Of a stretch of DNA of 45,301 bases, positions 43,375-45,301 are shown piece by piece (the first letter of the stretch is position 1; every line of letters begins with the position of its first letter). Under the pieces are notes generated by a model. The model saw only the letters and a program-made list of their open reading frames with translations. It was not told the origin of the DNA and did no database searches. Location of the stretch: the NCBI GenBank assembly GCA_035281565.1, contig DATEDS010000209.1, forward strand, positions 1-45,301, given 5' to 3'. The DNA is from Gemmatimonadota bacterium (GTDB lineage: Bacteria; Gemmatimonadota; Gemmatimonadetes; JACCXV01; JAHWKZ01). The position numbers and the translations under genes are program-made.

Positions 43375-44139
43375 TCATCGCCGGGCCACCCACACCGCCA
43401 GCCCGAAGGCGGCCAGCGCGAAGGCGATCGTCACCATCCAGGCGAGGGCGGGACTCGTGAAGCCGACCTCGGCATGGCCGTAAAGGGCCTGCCGGAACGC
43501 CGCCAGGCCGTAAGCCAGCGGATCGAGCCGCATCACGATCTGGAGTCCGCGGGCTGCGCCGGCCGGCGGGAAGAGCGCGCCCGACAGAAACCAGAGCGGA
43601 AGGAGGAACAGGTTCACGATGCCGTGGAATCCCTGGATCGACTCCATCCCCCAGGCCAGGACGAATCCCAGGCAGGTGAGCGCGAAAGCCATCGCGAACA
43701 GGGCCAGGAGCCCGAGCAGGAATCCCGCCGGCCGTACTGGAATTCCGACCAGCGGCACGAGCGGCAGCAGGACGGCCCCTTGCAGGACGGCGATCGAGGC
43801 GCCCCCCAGGACCTTGCCCAGCACGATCGCCGAGCGCGGCACGGGCGACACGATCACCCCCTGCAGAAACCCGCTCCGGCGGTCCTCGATCAGGCTGAAG
43901 GTCCCGACGATCGCGGTGATCAGCACGACGAACACGATGGTGCCCGGGAGCAGGTACTCGATCGACCCCACCCCGGATGGCATCCCGGCCGGGGCGAACG
44001 AGCCGGCCATGCCGAACCCGATCAGGATCCAGAACAGGAGGGCCGTGGCGATCCCGCTCAGGACCCGCGTGCGGTCGCGATGGAAACGCACGATCTCGCG
44101 CCAGCCGAGACTCAGGGCGGGAACGATGGCCTCGCTCAT
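43375..44139 (-). CDS. ABC-2 type transporter permease
   Basis: 254 aa from ATG 44139 (ATGA overlap with the ATPase stop): MSEAIVPALSLGWREIVRFHRDRTRVLSGIATALLFWIL..., six hydrophobic segments. Confidence 0.75.
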   Translation of the reverse strand: MSEAIVPALSLGWREIVRFHRDRTRVLSGIATALLFWILIGFGMAGSFAPAGMPSGVGSIEYLLPGTIVFVVLITAIVGTFSLIEDRRSGFLQGVIVSPVPRSAIVLGKVLGGASIAVLQGAVLLPLVPLVGIPVRPAGFLLGLLALFAMAFALTCLGFVLAWGMESIQGFHGIVNLFLLPLWFLSGALFPPAGAARGLQIVMRLDPLAYGLAAFRQALYGHAEVGFTSPALAWMVTIAFALAAFGLAVWVARR

Positions 44140-45119
44140 CGGCGGCCTTCGGCGACAGGCGCGGCCGCCTCGTCGGCCCCGTCCCAGAAGCGGTGCCCGG
44201 TCCGCTGTACGAACACGTCCTCCAGCGTCGGCTGACCAACGGTCATCGACCGGATCAAGCCCGGGAACGCCTCGGCGAGGCGGGGCACGAGGGTCGCTCC
44301 GTCCGGCCACTCGATTCGTACGTCTCCATCCACCACGCTGGCGCGGGTCGCGAACCGCTCGACGACCGCTGCGGCCAGTCGCTCGGGTTCGGCGGTCTCC
44401 AGCGAGACGATGTCGCCGCGGATGCCGCCCTTCAGCGTCTCCGGGGAATCGAGCGCCACCAGCGATCCGCGGTCCAGAATGCCGACCCGATCGCTCGCCT
44501 CGGCTTCGTGCATGAAGTGCGTGGTGATGACGACCGTCACCCCCCGTTCGGCCCTCAGGACCTCCACGCCGCGCCAGAAATCCTTCTGCCCGCCGGGATC
44601 CAGCCCTACGGTTGGCTCGTCGAGGAGAAGCACCTGCGGGTCGTGAAGAAGGCCCTTGGCAAGCTCGACACGCCTCCGGAGACCACCCGACAGCGTACGG
44701 ACCGGGTCGCCGGCTCGGTCCGCCACCCCGAGAGAACCGAGCGACCGCTCGATCGCGCCGGTCAGCGAGGAACCGCGTAAGCCGTAGAGGTGTCCCTGAT
44801 GGCGCAGGTTCTCCGCCGGCGTGAGCCAGGGGTCGAGGCTGGCATGCTGGAAAACGACTCCGATCCGGCGGCGAACGGAGACGGGATCGCGCACGACGTC
44901 GACTCCGGCCACCGCCGCCCGCCCGGCGGTCGGCACGATCAGGGTGCTGAGGATCCGCATCAGCGTGGTCTTGCCCCCTCCGTTCGGGCCCAGCAACCCG
45001 AACCGCTCACCCCTGGCGACCCGGAACGACACGCCATTCAGAGCGGAACGCCCATCGAAGCGGTGCCCGACTCCATCCACCTCGATCGCCCAGGCGGGAT
45101 CGGGGTCAGGTCGCGACAC
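44136..45119 (-). CDS. ABC transporter ATP-binding protein
   Basis: Walker A GPNGGGKTT, signature LSGGLRRRVELAKGL, Walker B LLLDEPTVGLD. GTG start. Confidence 0.9.
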   Translation of the reverse strand: MSRPDPDPAWAIEVDGVGHRFDGRSALNGVSFRVARGERFGLLGPNGGGKTTLMRILSTLIVPTAGRAAVAGVDVVRDPVSVRRRIGVVFQHASLDPWLTPAENLRHQGHLYGLRGSSLTGAIERSLGSLGVADRAGDPVRTLSGGLRRRVELAKGLLHDPQVLLLDEPTVGLDPGGQKDFWRGVEVLRAERGVTVVITTHFMHEAEASDRVGILDRGSLVALDSPETLKGGIRGDIVSLETAEPERLAAAVVERFATRASVVDGDVRIEWPDGATLVPRLAEAFPGLIRSMTVGQPTLEDVFVQRTGHRFWDGADEAAAPVAEGRR

Positions 45120-45301
45120 GATCCAGGACGAGCAAGGCCAGCAGGATCGGGAGGTAGGTCACCGAGGCGAGCAGAAGCCGGCGCGCGCCATTCCGACCGC
45201 GGTCCATGGCCATGCCGAGACCACAAGCGAGAAAGGCCACTCCGAGGACAAGTGCACCGAAGAAGTACACGCCCCCCGTCAGCCCGAGCAGGGTCGGGGT
45301 C
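45106..45301 (-). CDS. ctaB: Protoheme IX farnesyltransferase (heme O synthase), C-terminal fragment; the 5' end lies beyond the right window edge
   Basis: Own translation: ...TPTLLGLTGGVYFFGALVLGVAFLACGLGMAMDRGRNGARRLLLASVTYLPILLALLVLDRVAT*. This matches the CtaB/CyoE C-terminal pattern (G-x-Y, LG-x-x-FL, AR-x-L, S-x-x-YL). The stop at 45106-45108 overlaps the ABC ATPase start by 14 nt. Confidence 0.55.
   Translation of the reverse strand, partial: TPTLLGLTGGVYFFGALVLGVAFLACGLGMAMDRGRNGARRLLLASVTYLPILLALLVLDRVAT

Noticed and set aside
1-45301. A scan for CRISPR arrays, tandem or interspersed long repeats, transposases, integrases, toxin-antitoxin pairs or known defence genes
   Set aside because: None was recognised by eye on either strand. 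The only repeated entities are the paralogous genes: two membrane proteins, two AsnB, two Wzx, several GT2/GT4, and methyltransferases. A computational repeat search would be needed to exclude short dispersed repeats.

Overview
This is a visibly GC-rich bacterial chromosomal window (judged by eye, not computed). I cannot assign a taxon from the sequence alone. It is dominated by envelope-glycan genes, and I saw no integrase, transposase, CRISPR array or recognisable defence gene.

Left to right:
- A partial Wzz/PCP gene, a Wzx-like flippase and a lipoprotein metallophosphoesterase.
- A single 8.9 kb gene for a cyclic beta-1,2-glucan synthase-like giant protein (GT84 and GH94 motifs), lying exactly between two same-strand tRNA-Ser genes. 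A 118-nt extended hairpin sits in its leader.
- An untracked 48-aa membrane ORF and tadA.
- Two convergent operons. One is carbamoyltransferase > polytopic membrane protein A > SGNH hydrolase. The other is GT4 > GT2 > DUF2304 > polytopic membrane protein B. A and B are clear paralogs.
- A 10-gene, mostly start/stop-overlapping plus-strand operon: PIG-L deacetylase, formyltransferase, GT4, GT2, Wzx, methyltransferase, NodB-type deacetylase, GT2, GT2, sulfotransferase.
- An 8-gene minus-strand operon that starts 4 nt after a tRNA-Arg(ACG): methyltransferase, epimerase, AsnB, GT4, AsnB, GlpD-like flavoprotein, methyltransferase, unknown protein.
- A heme-oxidase-type block: ctaB (partial), ABC ATPase, ABC-2 permease, DUF420 and a 51-aa ORF.

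My best candidate for an undescribed system is the GT2 + DUF2304 + duplicated GT-C-like membrane protein module, with its attached carbamoyl, SGNH, formyl and deacetylase tailoring genes. I read it as an outer-face, lipid-carrier-dependent glycan decoration pathway.

Many long ORFs in the supplied track are antisense or read-through shadows caused by codon bias. I trimmed or rejected those.
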